From NCBI RefSeq assembly GCF_006345805.1, contig NC_043010.1, forward strand, positions 54,560,001 to 54,624,000: a DNA stretch of 64,000 nt, written 5' to 3'. This document shows, piece by piece, positions 12,371 through 23,908 of the stretch (within the stretch, counting starts at the first letter, position 1; each line of letters opens with the position of its first letter). The position numbers were made by a program, and so were the translations under genes. This DNA is from Octopus sinensis. Taxonomy: Eukaryota. The notes beneath the pieces were generated by a model. The model saw only the letters and a program-made list of their open reading frames with translations, made no database searches and was not told the origin of the DNA.

Positions 12371-12583
12371 ATATGAGAGAGCGACCACTATGTGGTCTAC
12401 TCTAGTGCTAAAAATAGATCCACTATGGTATAGCCACTAAAAAATTTGTTTCCAAGGAGAAATACCACAACATTTACCGTGGGGCAAGTGAAAAATAACG
12501 AAAAAAATAGATTATACCATAGTGGATCTATTTTTAGCACTAGAGTAGACAACATAGTGGTCGCTCTCTCATATTTATGTATA
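12363..12583. mobile_element. MITE-like hairpin element with 62-bp arms
   Basis: 12371-12432 and 12513-12574 are reverse complements with one mismatch; 80-bp spacer; pairing extends into tatacata/tatgtata flanks. Confidence 0.75.
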
Positions 12584-12679
12584 AATTTGTATTTGTATCC
12601 CTGGTTTTTATGTGCTAAGCCACTTGGTGTTAAATTGATGGTATTATTAAATTAATATCAAATTTTTCACCCTCATTTA

Positions 12680-15344
12680 TGAATATATTAGCAAAGTCAA
12701 GTCCTTCCTTCGGAAGTACCACTCCGGAAACTTACTAGTGATGGGTGATTTTAACCTCCCTCATGTGAACTGGCCCACAAATACTCTGAAGTTAGGCAAG
12801 TGCTCTACATCAGATAGAGCAGCAGCAGAACTGCTCTTTAATCTGATGGATGAGTATTTCCTGACTCAGCTAGTGCTTGAACCAACGAGACAGAATAAAA
12901 CGATCTTGGATCTGGTATTGACCAATCACTCTAGCTACGTTCACAGTATTTCAGTCGAAAAAACTCTCCTCTCAGACCACGACATGGTACTCTGCATCTT
13001 AATTCCCGACATATAAAAACCAAACCAGCCAATCCCACTCCATGGCACCCATTTGACAACATAAACTTCCACAAAGCGGACTGGGGAACAATCAGAAAGG
13101 ATCTGTCTTCCATCGACTGGTCTTTTACTCTCAATTCCTCTCATATTGAGACCGCGTGGCAGCACTTTGAAAACATTGTCACCTATACATGCTCTAAACA
13201 CGCTCCCAAGAAATCTACTAACACAAACAGAAACCGGCTCCCTAAAAAGAAAAAAACACTCATTAGGCGCATCAAAAGACTCAACAAAAAATCAACCAAT
13301 TAAAATATTCCCACACACAACATCCACATTCAACAACAATGAAAAGATTAGAGCTGGAAAAACATCATCTGCAGACCAACCTGAAAACCTCCATTGAAAA
13401 TCAAAGAGCTGTGGAGGAACAAAGGGTAATCAAAAACATCAAACAGAACCCAAAAGTGTTCTATTCTTATGCAAATAAGCATAGAACCACTGTCTCACCC
13501 ATTGTGCCATTGACTGATGATAACGGCATTCCCCAACACGATGCTAAAGAAATGGCAGAAATACTGCAGAAACAATACTGCTCTGTCTTTAGTGTTCCCA
13601 CTGATATTGACGTAACGGAAACGAACGAAGTTGACTCCCAACACAAAATCTCAGACATAACCTTCACTGCCACCGACATCGTAGCAGCAATAAATGAGGT
13701 CAAACATTACTCTGCTGTAGGCCCTGATAGATTTCCCGCTAGTCTCCTGAAGGAATGTAAATACCAACTTGCAGTCCCTCTGACCAACCTCTGGAGAAAT
13801 TCGTTAGACGCAGGTTATATACCGAAACAGTTTCTATCCCAGTCGGTCATCCCGGTTTTCAAACAGGGAAACAGATCCCTGGCAGTCAACTATCGCCCAA
13901 TCTCACTCACCTCCCACATCATTAAAGTATTTGAAAGAGTGTTAAGATCAAGGATAGCTGACTTCCGGGAGACCCACAAACTCCTAAATGCAAATCAGGG
14001 ACTGTCTAACACAGCTCTTACACCACATTGCAGATGTACTCAAAGCCTTGGGAACAGGTTCGAACTCTGACGTCATATATCGACTTCAGTAAAGCGTTCG
14101 ACAGTGTAGACCATAACATTCTACTCTCAAAATTGGCAAACGTTGGAATCCGTGGAAAAGTTCTACACTGGATTATGTATTTCCTGGCGAATAGAACACA
14201 ACATGTTGTAGTTGATGGAGTCCACTCAAACCCAGCAAAAGTCACCAGCGGTGTGCCCCTGGGAACTGTTTTGGGTCCGCTACTCTTCATAATTTACGTA
14301 AACGACATTTCCAGTGTTGTACATTACTGCAAAGTGAAAATATTTGCTGATGACACTAAGCTCCAGTCTGATCTATATACTCAACTCCAGTCTGATCTAT
14401 ATGCTGTGAGTCAATGGGCAGACAGAAACAAAATACAACTGAATGAGGGAAAATTTGAGCTGATGCATTTTGGAAGATATTCCTCACTAAAACAACCATA
14501 CTCTCTTCCTTCAGGGGAACCGCTCACAGCCTCTAACAATATCAGAGACCTGGGTGTAATTGTTGATGACGATCTCAGTTGGAGTGCACACATCAACAAG
14601 AAGGTCGATATAGCTCTTAGGATGAGTTCCTGGATCTTAAGAACTTTCCGGTCCAGAGAACAAGGTGTCATCATACCACTTTTTTCCTCCTTTGTACGGC
14701 CACACCTTGAATACTGCTGCCCACTGTCGTCTCCTCACACAAGACAAAACATCTCCAGAATTGAGTCACCCCAGAGGGCACTCACTAAACAAATTGAAGG
14801 CATGGCTGCTCTCGATTATTGGGATCGCCTTAAAGCCTTGAAACTTTACTCCCTCCAGCGTCGCCGTGAGCGGTACTTCATTTGTACGATGTGGAAAATA
14901 TACCGCCAACATTGCCCAAACGACCTAAACATTAGCTTCAAGGTTCATCCAAGACTTGGACCACGGGCTATACGTCCCCTGCCCAATTCAAGATCACAAC
15001 ATACATGTACACTGCAACATAATTTCTTTTCCTCAACAGGTCCTGTCCTATTTAACATTGTCCCGAGGGAGATCAAAGAGGAACAGGATCCCATCAACTT
15101 TAAACAGAGTCTGGATAGATTCCTTCAAAAAATACCAGATAAGCCACCCATAATTGGATACAACTCACCCAACAACAACTCACTACTTGAACAAAACTGG
15201 ATACAACTCACCCAACAAGAACTCACTACTTGAACAAAACTTGACTTAAACAGGATTCGAATAATCCTATCAGGTGGTGCTATTAAGTTAGACATGGCCT
15301 GGATCAATCTTTGGTCGAAACATATCTAAGTTTATCTAAATCTA

Positions 15345-15350
<6 letters not shown>
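12680..15350 (+). mobile_element. 5'-truncated CR1-clade LINE, frameshifted ORF2 (APE C-terminus, RT, C-terminal domain) with 3' tail
   Basis: APE motifs GDFNLP, EPTR, LDLVLTN, SDH; NFHKADW; RT motifs NYRPISLTS, YIDFSKAFDSV, GVPLGTVLGPLLF, FADDTKL, RPHLEYC, LYSLQRRRER; tail tctaagtttatctaaatctaagttta. Confidence 0.95.
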
Positions 15351-15384
<34 letters not shown>

Positions 15385-15494
15385 CGCACGGCATTAAACA
15401 AATATATAGCCCGCACGGAAAAAAACAAGAGTGAATTTTTGTTCCTTGTTTGTTTCTTACCCTCTTTGATTGCATTTATTTGTTTATAATTATA

Positions 15495-15900
15495 GAAGCG
15501 CTACTCTATCAAATTGGTCATGTATCCATTTATGCACGGCTTTCTTCACATCTTCGTGCGCAAGAAATCGGCCACCCCGTAAAACATCTTTGACCGGTCC
15601 AAATGTATGGTAGTCGGAAAGACGAGGTCTGGGGTGTCTGGGAGTGCTTTATCATGAATACAAAACTGTCTTCGTCGATAGACTGCAACCCTTGATGCGA
15701 ACCGGTGGCTTCAGTTTGTTGGGTAGCAAATCACAGCGGATCGTAAATCCATTTTCCAGTGAGATCAGATGACTGCTCTTTGCTTTTCGTTGGTGTACAT
15801 TCCTAGTGGAGCAGCAATGCTTACACTGTAATGCCAGAAAGAGAAATGGCGCGATCAGGCTCAAACTTCCATCACGTAACCACAATAGTACCAACTATGA
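15495..15900 (-). mobile_element. Internally deleted mariner (Tc1/mariner) relic
   Basis: Minus strand gives AAPLGMYTNEKQRAVI* (N-terminus) joined to NKLKP and PDLVFSDYHTFGPVKDVLRGGRF..EDVKKAVHKW (YSPDLAPSDY-type region); 5' UTR resembles 59780-59860. Confidence 0.75.
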
Positions 15901-15959
15901 GCACACACACTGAAGGTAGTATGACAACTATACAGATATGGAGGCCCGGATAATTTTTG

Positions 15960-16181
15960 CATTAAACTCGTAGATCCGGTCTTTTCTCAATTTTCTCTAT
16001 TCCTTTGATGCTCAATCTAGTTTCATATAATATTCTATAATCCTATGATCAAACATAACTTTCCTTTCTTATCTACAATAATATCTAGTCTTCTTGCTTG
16101 AATAGTATGGTCCTTAGAGGGAAATCCCATAAGATCCTGTAATTATCATTTTCCAACACTATCTATTGCTTCTGCTGATTC

Positions 16182-16182
<1 letters not shown>
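15960..16182 (-). mobile_element. Old R4/Dong-type REL fragment, copy 3
   Basis: Minus strand IVLENDNYRILWDF, then TIQARRLDIIVDKKGKLCLII after a frameshift; 5' end abuts (AAT)n. Confidence 0.7.
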
Positions 16183-16244
<62 letters not shown>

Positions 16245-16290
16245 CATCATCATCATCATCATCATCATTATTACGTTATATAATGTAATA

Positions 16291-16447
16291 TAGGCGTAGA
16301 AGTGGCTGTGTGGTAAGTAGCTTGCTTATGAACCACATGGTTCCGGGTTCAGTCCCACTTCGTGACACCTTGTGCAAGTGACATCTACTATAGCCTCGGG
16401 GCGACCACAGCCTTGTGTGTGGATTTGGTAGACGGAAACACGTCGTA

Positions 16448-16533
<86 letters not shown>

Positions 16534-16672
16534 ATATATATTTTTGTGTATCTGTATTTGTCCCCCACAACATCACTTGACAACCGATGCTGGTGTATTT
16601 ACGTCCCCCTAACTTAGCGGTTCTAAACATAGCTACAGTGAAATGACTGAAACAAGTAAAAGAATAAAGAGT
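16291..16672 (+). mobile_element. SINE family B (tRNA-like head, CORE-like domain, internal microsatellite), 3' part deleted
   Basis: A box tggctgtgtgg, B box ggttcagtccc, accttgtgcaagtg..ctatagcctcgg, internal (TA)n, tail aatgactgaaacaagtaaaagaata. Confidence 0.85.
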
Positions 16673-16713
16673 AATATGACAGGAAACAAATCAACATCAT
16701 CATTATCATTTTT

Positions 16714-16886
16714 CGAGCTGGAAGGATCATTAACACCTATTTTGGCCGTCACGACGTTCAAATTCCACCGAGGCCCCCTTTGACTTTCATTCTTTCATGG
16801 TCGATAAAATAAGCACCGTAAAACATTGCGGTCGACGTAATCGACTCATCACGAAAATTGGTGCCCTTGTGACAATATTTGAAACC
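16714..16886 (+). mobile_element. Degenerate SINE family A
   Basis: cgagctgg..gttcaaattccaccgagg..tttcattctttc..gtcgataaaataag. Confidence 0.7.
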
Positions 16887-16899
16887 ATACTTGATGTTA

Positions 16900-16909
16900 T
16901 TATTATGTA

Positions 16910-16956
<47 letters not shown>

Positions 16957-16957
16957 T

Positions 16958-17029
<72 letters not shown>

Positions 17030-17045
17030 TCATTATCAACATCAT
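16900..17045. repeat. Compound (TAT)n(TGT)n(CGT)n microsatellite
   Basis: Three adjacent pure trinucleotide blocks. Confidence 0.95.
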
Positions 17046-17382
17046 CTACATCATTGTTATTTGTTATTATAATTATTGTTACGATTCATATTACTATTGT
17101 GATCACTACTTTTAGTAGTGCTATTATTTTTCTTAACGTTGCTGTTGTTGCTGTTAGCGTTACTGTTGCTATTATGTCTCTGAGTACAATGTATAATACT
17201 AGAAATAAACTGACTGGAGTACACTCTTTCAATTGCATTTAAATCCATGTTATTACATTTAGGTTTTATTTGCGTCCAGATTTGTCGCAAAACATACTCT
17301 CTCTATCATACACAAAACTTTTCTAAGTATAAAAATACATTTAAACATTTTCAATACTTCAATAGAAATAAATACTATATTA

Positions 17383-17572
17383 GTTTCAAATTTTGGCACA
17401 ATACCTGCATCTTTACATCGACTCAATAATAAACTAGCACATACTTTATCAATCCAGAGCGAATGATGAAAGGCAAATTCGTCCTCGGGGTAATTTGGAC
17501 TCAACGTAAACACAGACAAAATGCCGTTAAGCATTTGGCACGGTGCACTAACGAATTTTCCAGCTCCCTGCC
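17383..17572 (-). mobile_element. Degenerate SINE family A
   Basis: gatgaaaggcaaa..ctcgg..tttggactc..ccagctccctgcc matches the reverse complement of family A. Confidence 0.7.
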
Positions 17573-17884
17573 ATAGAAATACCCAATATATTAAAATTAT
17601 TATTAAAACAAGGGGAGACTTGCAGATAGATAGAATAACAATACAGGCCTGCTTTTTGATGAACAGATTCCTAGAACATGAAATATTTTGAATATACAAT
17701 ATGGAAAAACTAAAGTGCATCAGAAAGAAAGAAAGTCTCTGTTGAAACAGCAGCATGAAAATAACAATTGTTTGGTGTTGTATAACAGGCGGAGATGTTT
17801 TCTAAACACGCATTATATACTCTCGGACAAGTATACCGTTACAGGACTACTCATTTTTGCCAGGTAAGTAGACGCGAGGCGCGA

Positions 17885-18027
17885 GGTCGGCGCGAGGCTA
17901 TAGTAGAAGACACTTGCACAAGGTGCTACGCAGTTGGAATGAACCCGGAACCATGTGGTTCATAAGCAAGCTACTTACGACACAGCAACTCCTACGCTTA
18001 TGTTACATTATATAACATAATAATGAC

Positions 18028-18079
<52 letters not shown>

Positions 18080-18120
18080 TAATGGCATCAGCAGAAGCAA
18101 TAGATAGAGTTGGAAAATGA
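17885..18120 (-). repeat. Inverted duplicate of 16146-16405 (Dong fragment + (AAT)n + SINE B head)
   Basis: Same three-part junctions and the same private SINE variants (cttgcttatgaacc, ccttgtgcaag) in reverse complement. Confidence 0.85.
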
Positions 18121-18245
18121 AACGAATTGTTGTGCTCAGGAACAGAACACGTCGCCCGGCCCAGGAATCGAAATCACACCACCCTAAACACTAAACCACG
18201 ATCCTCCACAGCTTTTATTATAACATTAATAATGATACATATCTA

Positions 18246-18276
<31 letters not shown>

Positions 18277-18280
18277 CATG

Positions 18281-18551
18281 CTGAAATATGGTGAGCGTTA
18301 TTACAGAATATTCAACAATATTTATTAGTTTTTTATTCTCATAATCCAAAGTAAATAGACAAACAAAAAAGAAAACTGGATGCCACAGTATGGTGAATTT
18401 GAAATGAAGCTAAGAACGGGAAAGGATGGCTTACTTGCCGACAAAATCATTTATTTTAATATTTTTGCCTAAGCGAAATTTATTGTGACAGTTCTGGTGA
18501 AAAAGTGGAATACCACAAAAAATTTCGCAAAGAAAACAGGTCAAATGATAT
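18281..18551 (+). repeat. ~270-bp direct duplication X (partner at 19208-19477)
   Basis: Colinear ctgaaatatggtgagcgtta...ttacttgccgacaa...ggtcaaatgata in both places. Confidence 0.9.
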
Positions 18552-18809
18552 TCATATTCACACGAGCATATCTATGTATGTATGTATGTATGTATGTATG
18601 TATGTATGTATGTATGTATGTATGTATGTATGTATGTATGTATGTATGTATGTATGTATGTATGTATGTATGTATGTATCTATCTATCTATCTATCTATA
18701 TATCCATCTATCTATCTACCTATCTATATATTTATCTATGTAAATATATATAAATATATATATATATATTTATGCACACACACACCACACACACACATAT
18801 ATATATACA

Positions 18810-19204
18810 ATTTAGGGAGATTAGTTCACAGGTGATACAAACGATTAGGTACACTAGTTAAGTGATTTAACGGATTCCTAGGGCTAAAAGATTGTAGCCG
18901 AAACGGTAGTTATAGAGCCATTGCAGATTTCCGATATAGCGATATATAATTATTAAAGTGGAGAACAAGCATTAAAGCAAAGCAAACATCTCAATTATAT
19001 TCATTAGTATTATTGGAAAAAATTCAAAATCTTACGGCTGTTTCTGGGATATCCAAGGGTATGGGATAATCCGTCATCAGAGACAAGTAGGGAAAATAAG
19101 AAGAGTATATATTAATAAAATGACGACATAGAGGTCATGGAGTGCAGGAATAAGGAGATGAAGACAGAGAAGAAAAAAGAAACGTAAATGTATACAGTTC
19201 AACT
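18810..19204 (-). mobile_element. PLE pseudo-LTR-like repeat P1 carrying hammerhead motif
   Basis: Colinear with 20459-20838; contains hammerhead core on the minus strand. Confidence 0.7.
19029..19084 (-). ncRNA. Minimal type I hammerhead-like motif H1, copy 1
   Basis: GTCT-CTGATGA-C-GGAT[..]ATCC-CA-GAA-ACAGCCGT-A-AGAT; helix III palindrome has one substitution. Confidence 0.6.
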
Positions 19205-19207
19205 AAA

Positions 19208-19477
19208 CTGAAATATGGTGAGCGTTATCACAAAATATTCAACAATATTTATTAGTTTTTATTCTCATACCCAAAAATAAGTAAAGAAAAAGAAAACTGG
19301 ATGACACGTTATGGTGAATTTGAAATGAAGGTAAGAACGGAAGAGATGGATTACTTGCCGACAATATCATTTATTTTAATATTTTGCCTAAGAGAAATTT
19401 ATTATGACAGTTCTGGTGAATATCGAAAAAGTGAAATACCCAAAAAATCTTCGCTAAGAAAATAGGTCAAATGATAT
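19208..19477 (+). repeat. ~270-bp direct duplication X'
   Basis: See 18281-18551; starts immediately at the end of P1. Confidence 0.9.
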
Positions 19478-19526
19478 CCACACCAGTGAATAATGCATAT
19501 CTATCTATCTATCTACATATATATAC

Positions 19527-19587
<61 letters not shown>

Positions 19588-19713
19588 ATATATATATATA
19601 TATTATAATATATATATATATATGTATAAGGATGAAAAGGAACACACGAGTTGATATATATGAAAAAAGAAGTCAAGATAGAAAATGCTAAAATAATTTT
19701 ATAAAGAACATTT

Positions 19714-19753
19714 CAGTAACGGTTTCAGTCATTTGAGATATTTTCAACTGTAA
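19714..19753 (-). ncRNA. Eroded hammerhead-like motif H3 with U3-A8 core
   Basis: ttaCAG-TTGAAAA-tatctcaaatgact-GAA-ACCGTT-A-CTGaaa; helix I 3 bp, helix II poorly paired. Confidence 0.35.
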
Positions 19754-19911
19754 CAATTAAATAATTAAATTTAGAAAAATTAAAAGAAAAGTTTTTTAAC
19801 AGAATATTTGTATAGTGTTCAAATATAAGTGGCATTTTCCTTGTTTCTGCCTTTCTCTGTCTCTCTTGTTTACACTTGTGGGTTAGAGGTCGTTGTGAAT
19901 TCTTGGTAGGG

Positions 19912-20262
19912 AAGAGAAGAAGAAGAAGAAGAAGAAGAAGAAGAAGAAGAAGAAGAAAAAGAAGAAGAAGAAGAGAGGAAGAAGCAGAAGCAGAAGCAGA
20001 AGCAGAAGAAGGAGGAGGAGAGGAGGAGGAGGAGGAGGAGAAGGGGGGATTTGGGAGTGCCGTGATTGTCGTATTTTGAGTGGTCAGCGTCGGCTAGCAG
20101 TTGCTGTTCAATTCATGAGAATATTTTTATTGAAAGGTTTGTTTATAGAATTTGCATAGGTGTTATACTAAAAAAGCATTAGTGATAAAGTTAGGAAGTA
20201 GAAGGGGTAGAAGAAGAAGAAGAAGAAGAAGAAGAAGAAGAAGAAGAAGAAGAAAAAGAAGA
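19912..20262. repeat. (AGA)n/(GGA)n purine microsatellites (19912-20045 and 20209-20262)
   Basis: Direct repeats. Confidence 0.9.
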
Positions 20263-20383
20263 ATATGAATGAGTGGAAGTAGTCAGGTTTTGTATGACTT
20301 AAATTTGGCACGTTATAGGTTATAGCTGTGATTGGGGCTGATTTTTAATGGATTCTTAGGAATGTAATATTTGCGTGTGTATT

Positions 20384-20418
<35 letters not shown>

Positions 20419-20663
20419 TCACACGCACATACACACATATATATAATAATATATATACAAAGGTGAACTAAACGATTAGGTACGCTAGGTAAGTACTGTA
20501 ACGGATTTCTATGGCTCAAAGCTTCTAGCCGAGGCAGTAGTCATGGAGCCATTGTTTATTTTTGATATAGCGGATATATAATTGTTAAACAGGACAAGAA
20601 GCATTAAGACAAGGCAAACATCGCAATTCATATTCATTATTATTATTATTCGAAAAATCCAAA

Positions 20664-20719
20664 GTCTTACAGTTGTTTCTGGGATAACCCAGAGTATGGA
20701 ATAATCCGTCGTCAGAGAC
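20664..20719 (-). ncRNA. Minimal type I hammerhead-like motif H1, copy 2
   Basis: GTCT-CTGACGA-C-GGAT[..]ATCC-CA-GAA-ACAACTGT-A-AGAC. Confidence 0.6.
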
Positions 20720-21730
20720 AAGTAGGGAAAATGAGAAGGGTATAGATTAATGAAATTGCAACATCGGACAGGAGTAAAGGACGGAATAAGGAGATGAATT
20801 GAGAGAAGAAAAAAATGGCACAAACGTTCACAGTTCAAATTTCCGATGTTGTAGGAATAAGTGCATAAGTCCTTAGGTGCAATCCTGCGTGGATCCATGC
20901 GGGTTAAAATCCTGACATTGTAAACATTCAGAAAAAAAAGACGCGAACACATCAACATTCAATAACAGAATGGTGGCGGAGGTATCTATAAAGTGGTAAA
21001 AGGAGAGAAAAGTAAATGTAAAGAGGTAGATAGAGTCAGGGCTGAAGTTCAAGATTGGCTTAAGGATAAAGTAAGGTATATAAACATATTGTGTCTAAGA
21101 ATATAGTGTACTTGATGGCCGAGTAGATAAGAGAGAGGATGAGTAGGTAGAAGAAGAAAGCGTAAAAAATAAACAAAATAGAGCAAAATGAAAGTAATTT
21201 AAAGAGAGTACTAGGTGCCAGATGTAGTTTTCTAGTTTATAGTGGTTGGGGAGGAAATCTAGTAATAAATGATTTTTGTTCGCTCTGGCTAAGGTCAGTG
21301 GCTGTAGAGTTCTTTTTAGCTATGGGTCTGTATTTAGACGAGAATGAAGAAACTAGATGAACGTTAAATCAATTAGGAGTAGGAGTTAGAAATATTTGGG
21401 GATAAATTAGGTTAAGTTTTATAAATAGATTAAAAGATAAATTAAAGAATTAATATTTATCTTATAAATTGATGAGGTAAGGTAAATAGATGAGATATAT
21501 AGAGATATAGGAGAAATAGAATAGATATAGGGGGTATGTGTTAATGATGGTGGAGATTTATATGTTGGTATTATTCGTGGTGGGTGAACTTACATTTAGA
21601 TTTATGCATAATTTATGAAAGAATCAGAAAGTTGCTGTTTTTCTATTCTTTCTGGTCATCTTCTTATTCCTTAACACCTGTCCTCGATGTCATCAGTTCA
21701 TTAATTATACCTTTCTCATCTTCTCTATTT

Positions 21731-21786
21731 GTCTCTGATGACAGGCCATCCCTTACTTTGACATTTCCCTGAAACAGCTGTAAGAC
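21731..21786 (+). ncRNA. Minimal type I hammerhead-like motif H1, copy 3 (best preserved)
   Basis: GTCT-CTGATGA-C-AGG[22 nt]CCT-GAA-ACAGCTGT-A-AGAC; perfect 8-nt palindromic helix III, GUA cleavage triplet, predicted cut after 21782. Confidence 0.7.
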
Positions 21787-22628
21787 TGAATGTTTGCCTT
21801 GCCTTAACGTTCTTGTCCGCTTTAAAAACTATATATATATAAATATACATACAGGTTTGTGTGAGCATATGTATGTATATACCGGTGTGTGATATATATA
21901 TATAGGTATGTTTTTATGTGTATATGTGTACGCTATTATATACACATGATGTGCATGTACATATATACACATGTATGTATAAAGGCATAAACTATGTTAA
22001 ATGCGAGATAGACAGATAATTGCATTGTGCTGAGCCTCACCATAACTAAGTATAGTGTATATATATTTTTAACTAGTTTTATATGTTCTTGATAGTGCGA
22101 TAAATAAAACGTATCAAAAAATTTCCGCTGCAGGATTTGCATTGTCAAAAGTCTATATTTCTAACCGTCTAATATTTCGGCTGATTTTATGTGTTGCGTT
22201 AATACATTCTGCACGTACCAAACTCATATATATTGGTGCGTGAGTGGTCGTGGGCGTTTAGAAAGCCTCGCTATATTTTGTTATGTATCCAGTTTTGGTG
22301 TTGTTTTATAAATCTTATGGTTTGCGACGTAAGCTTGGTTTCAAATTTTGACACAAATGCAGAAAGCTCGAGGAAGTGACTAAGCCGATTAGATGTTTTA
22401 CTGTATAGAGCTACTCACAGGGACCGGATACTTTGCATTTGATTACAAATATTTCCTACGAATTGGTTATTTCATTTTGGTATGTTACTGATTCCAAGCC
22501 AGCATGGTATGGCGACTAGATGTGTTCCTACTCTGTTTCATGGATTGGCCTGCTATTGTTTGAAATTCTGTATCAGAAACAGCTGTAATTAACTGACATT
22601 CAGCCATCGTTTGTTATCTATTTATTTG

Positions 22629-22684
<56 letters not shown>

Positions 22685-22781
22685 TATATGTAAATATTTA
22701 TACTTATATATAAACATATGTATATATGTGTATACATATATTTATACATGTATGTAGATAGATAAATATTTAGATAGATGC

Positions 22782-23082
<301 letters not shown>

Positions 23083-23908
23083 TAGATAAAATAGTGAATA
23101 ACTTTGCCGTCCATGTTTTCCATCCCACACTTTACTCTTTACTCTTTTTTACTCTTTTCCACTTGTCAAGATTTATAACCGTTTGGAATTTATCTGTGAA
23201 ATATTTAATATCACCTTCTGTGTATTTGTTTGTGTGTATGTTTGTTTATTGGTGATTCTGAAATGAAATCTAATAAACATAAATATTATGTCTCTCGGCA
23301 AAACATTTTAGTCTCAATTTTAGCCCACAATCTTTTAATTAAGTAATTATCATTAATATCATTACAGTTAACCAAGTTTTATTTTCCTTCTTGGAAATAT
23401 ATAATTTACTTCTTTCGTTCTTATTTCTGCATTTTGTTCTTGTTGGTTTCTCACATTACATGTTGTTAATTTTTCTATGGGGAGAATGCTTTTTGCCAGG
23501 GAGGGGGTCCAATATTTTTTCGAAGTGCGTTGAGCTGTAAAAACTTTGAAGAAGTAAGAGTGAATTTTAAAATTCATTTTATTGATAACGTGTTTCAAGT
23601 AATTTGTGTTGACTTCCAATAATTAAACATATAAACAGATAATTCTTATCATAACAGGTTAGTGAAACTACTTTTTCTTTTTCTTATTGATATTCTATTT
23701 CGGAAAATTTTTGTTTTATATGACATAAATTGGCTGGAAATCTTCAGTAATAATGAATAAATATTACACAAATTTTTAAATGTTTAGCCCTAGGTAAACC
23801 CTCATTGCGTATAACAGTGAGCAAAATTGTTGAAACTGCGATTTATTTATCTATGGTTTAGATATAAAATAGATATATTATCTCATTTGACCTTCTCCTA
23901 AGTCGTAT

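Larger units (their letters stand above)
20459..21836 (-). mobile_element. Decayed PLE-like insertion: repeat P2 (20459-20838), G-poor unique body, inverted repeat copy P3 (21638-21836)
   Basis: P2 colinear with P1; 21638-21836 is the reverse complement of ~20574-20818; hammerhead motifs in both; body has no readable RT. Confidence 0.6.

Noticed and set aside
15295-15325. ggcctggatca..ggtcgaaac near the CR1 end resembles a hammerhead
   Set aside because: The core lacks GANGA and there is no helix I/III; better explained as the LINE 3' stem-loop.
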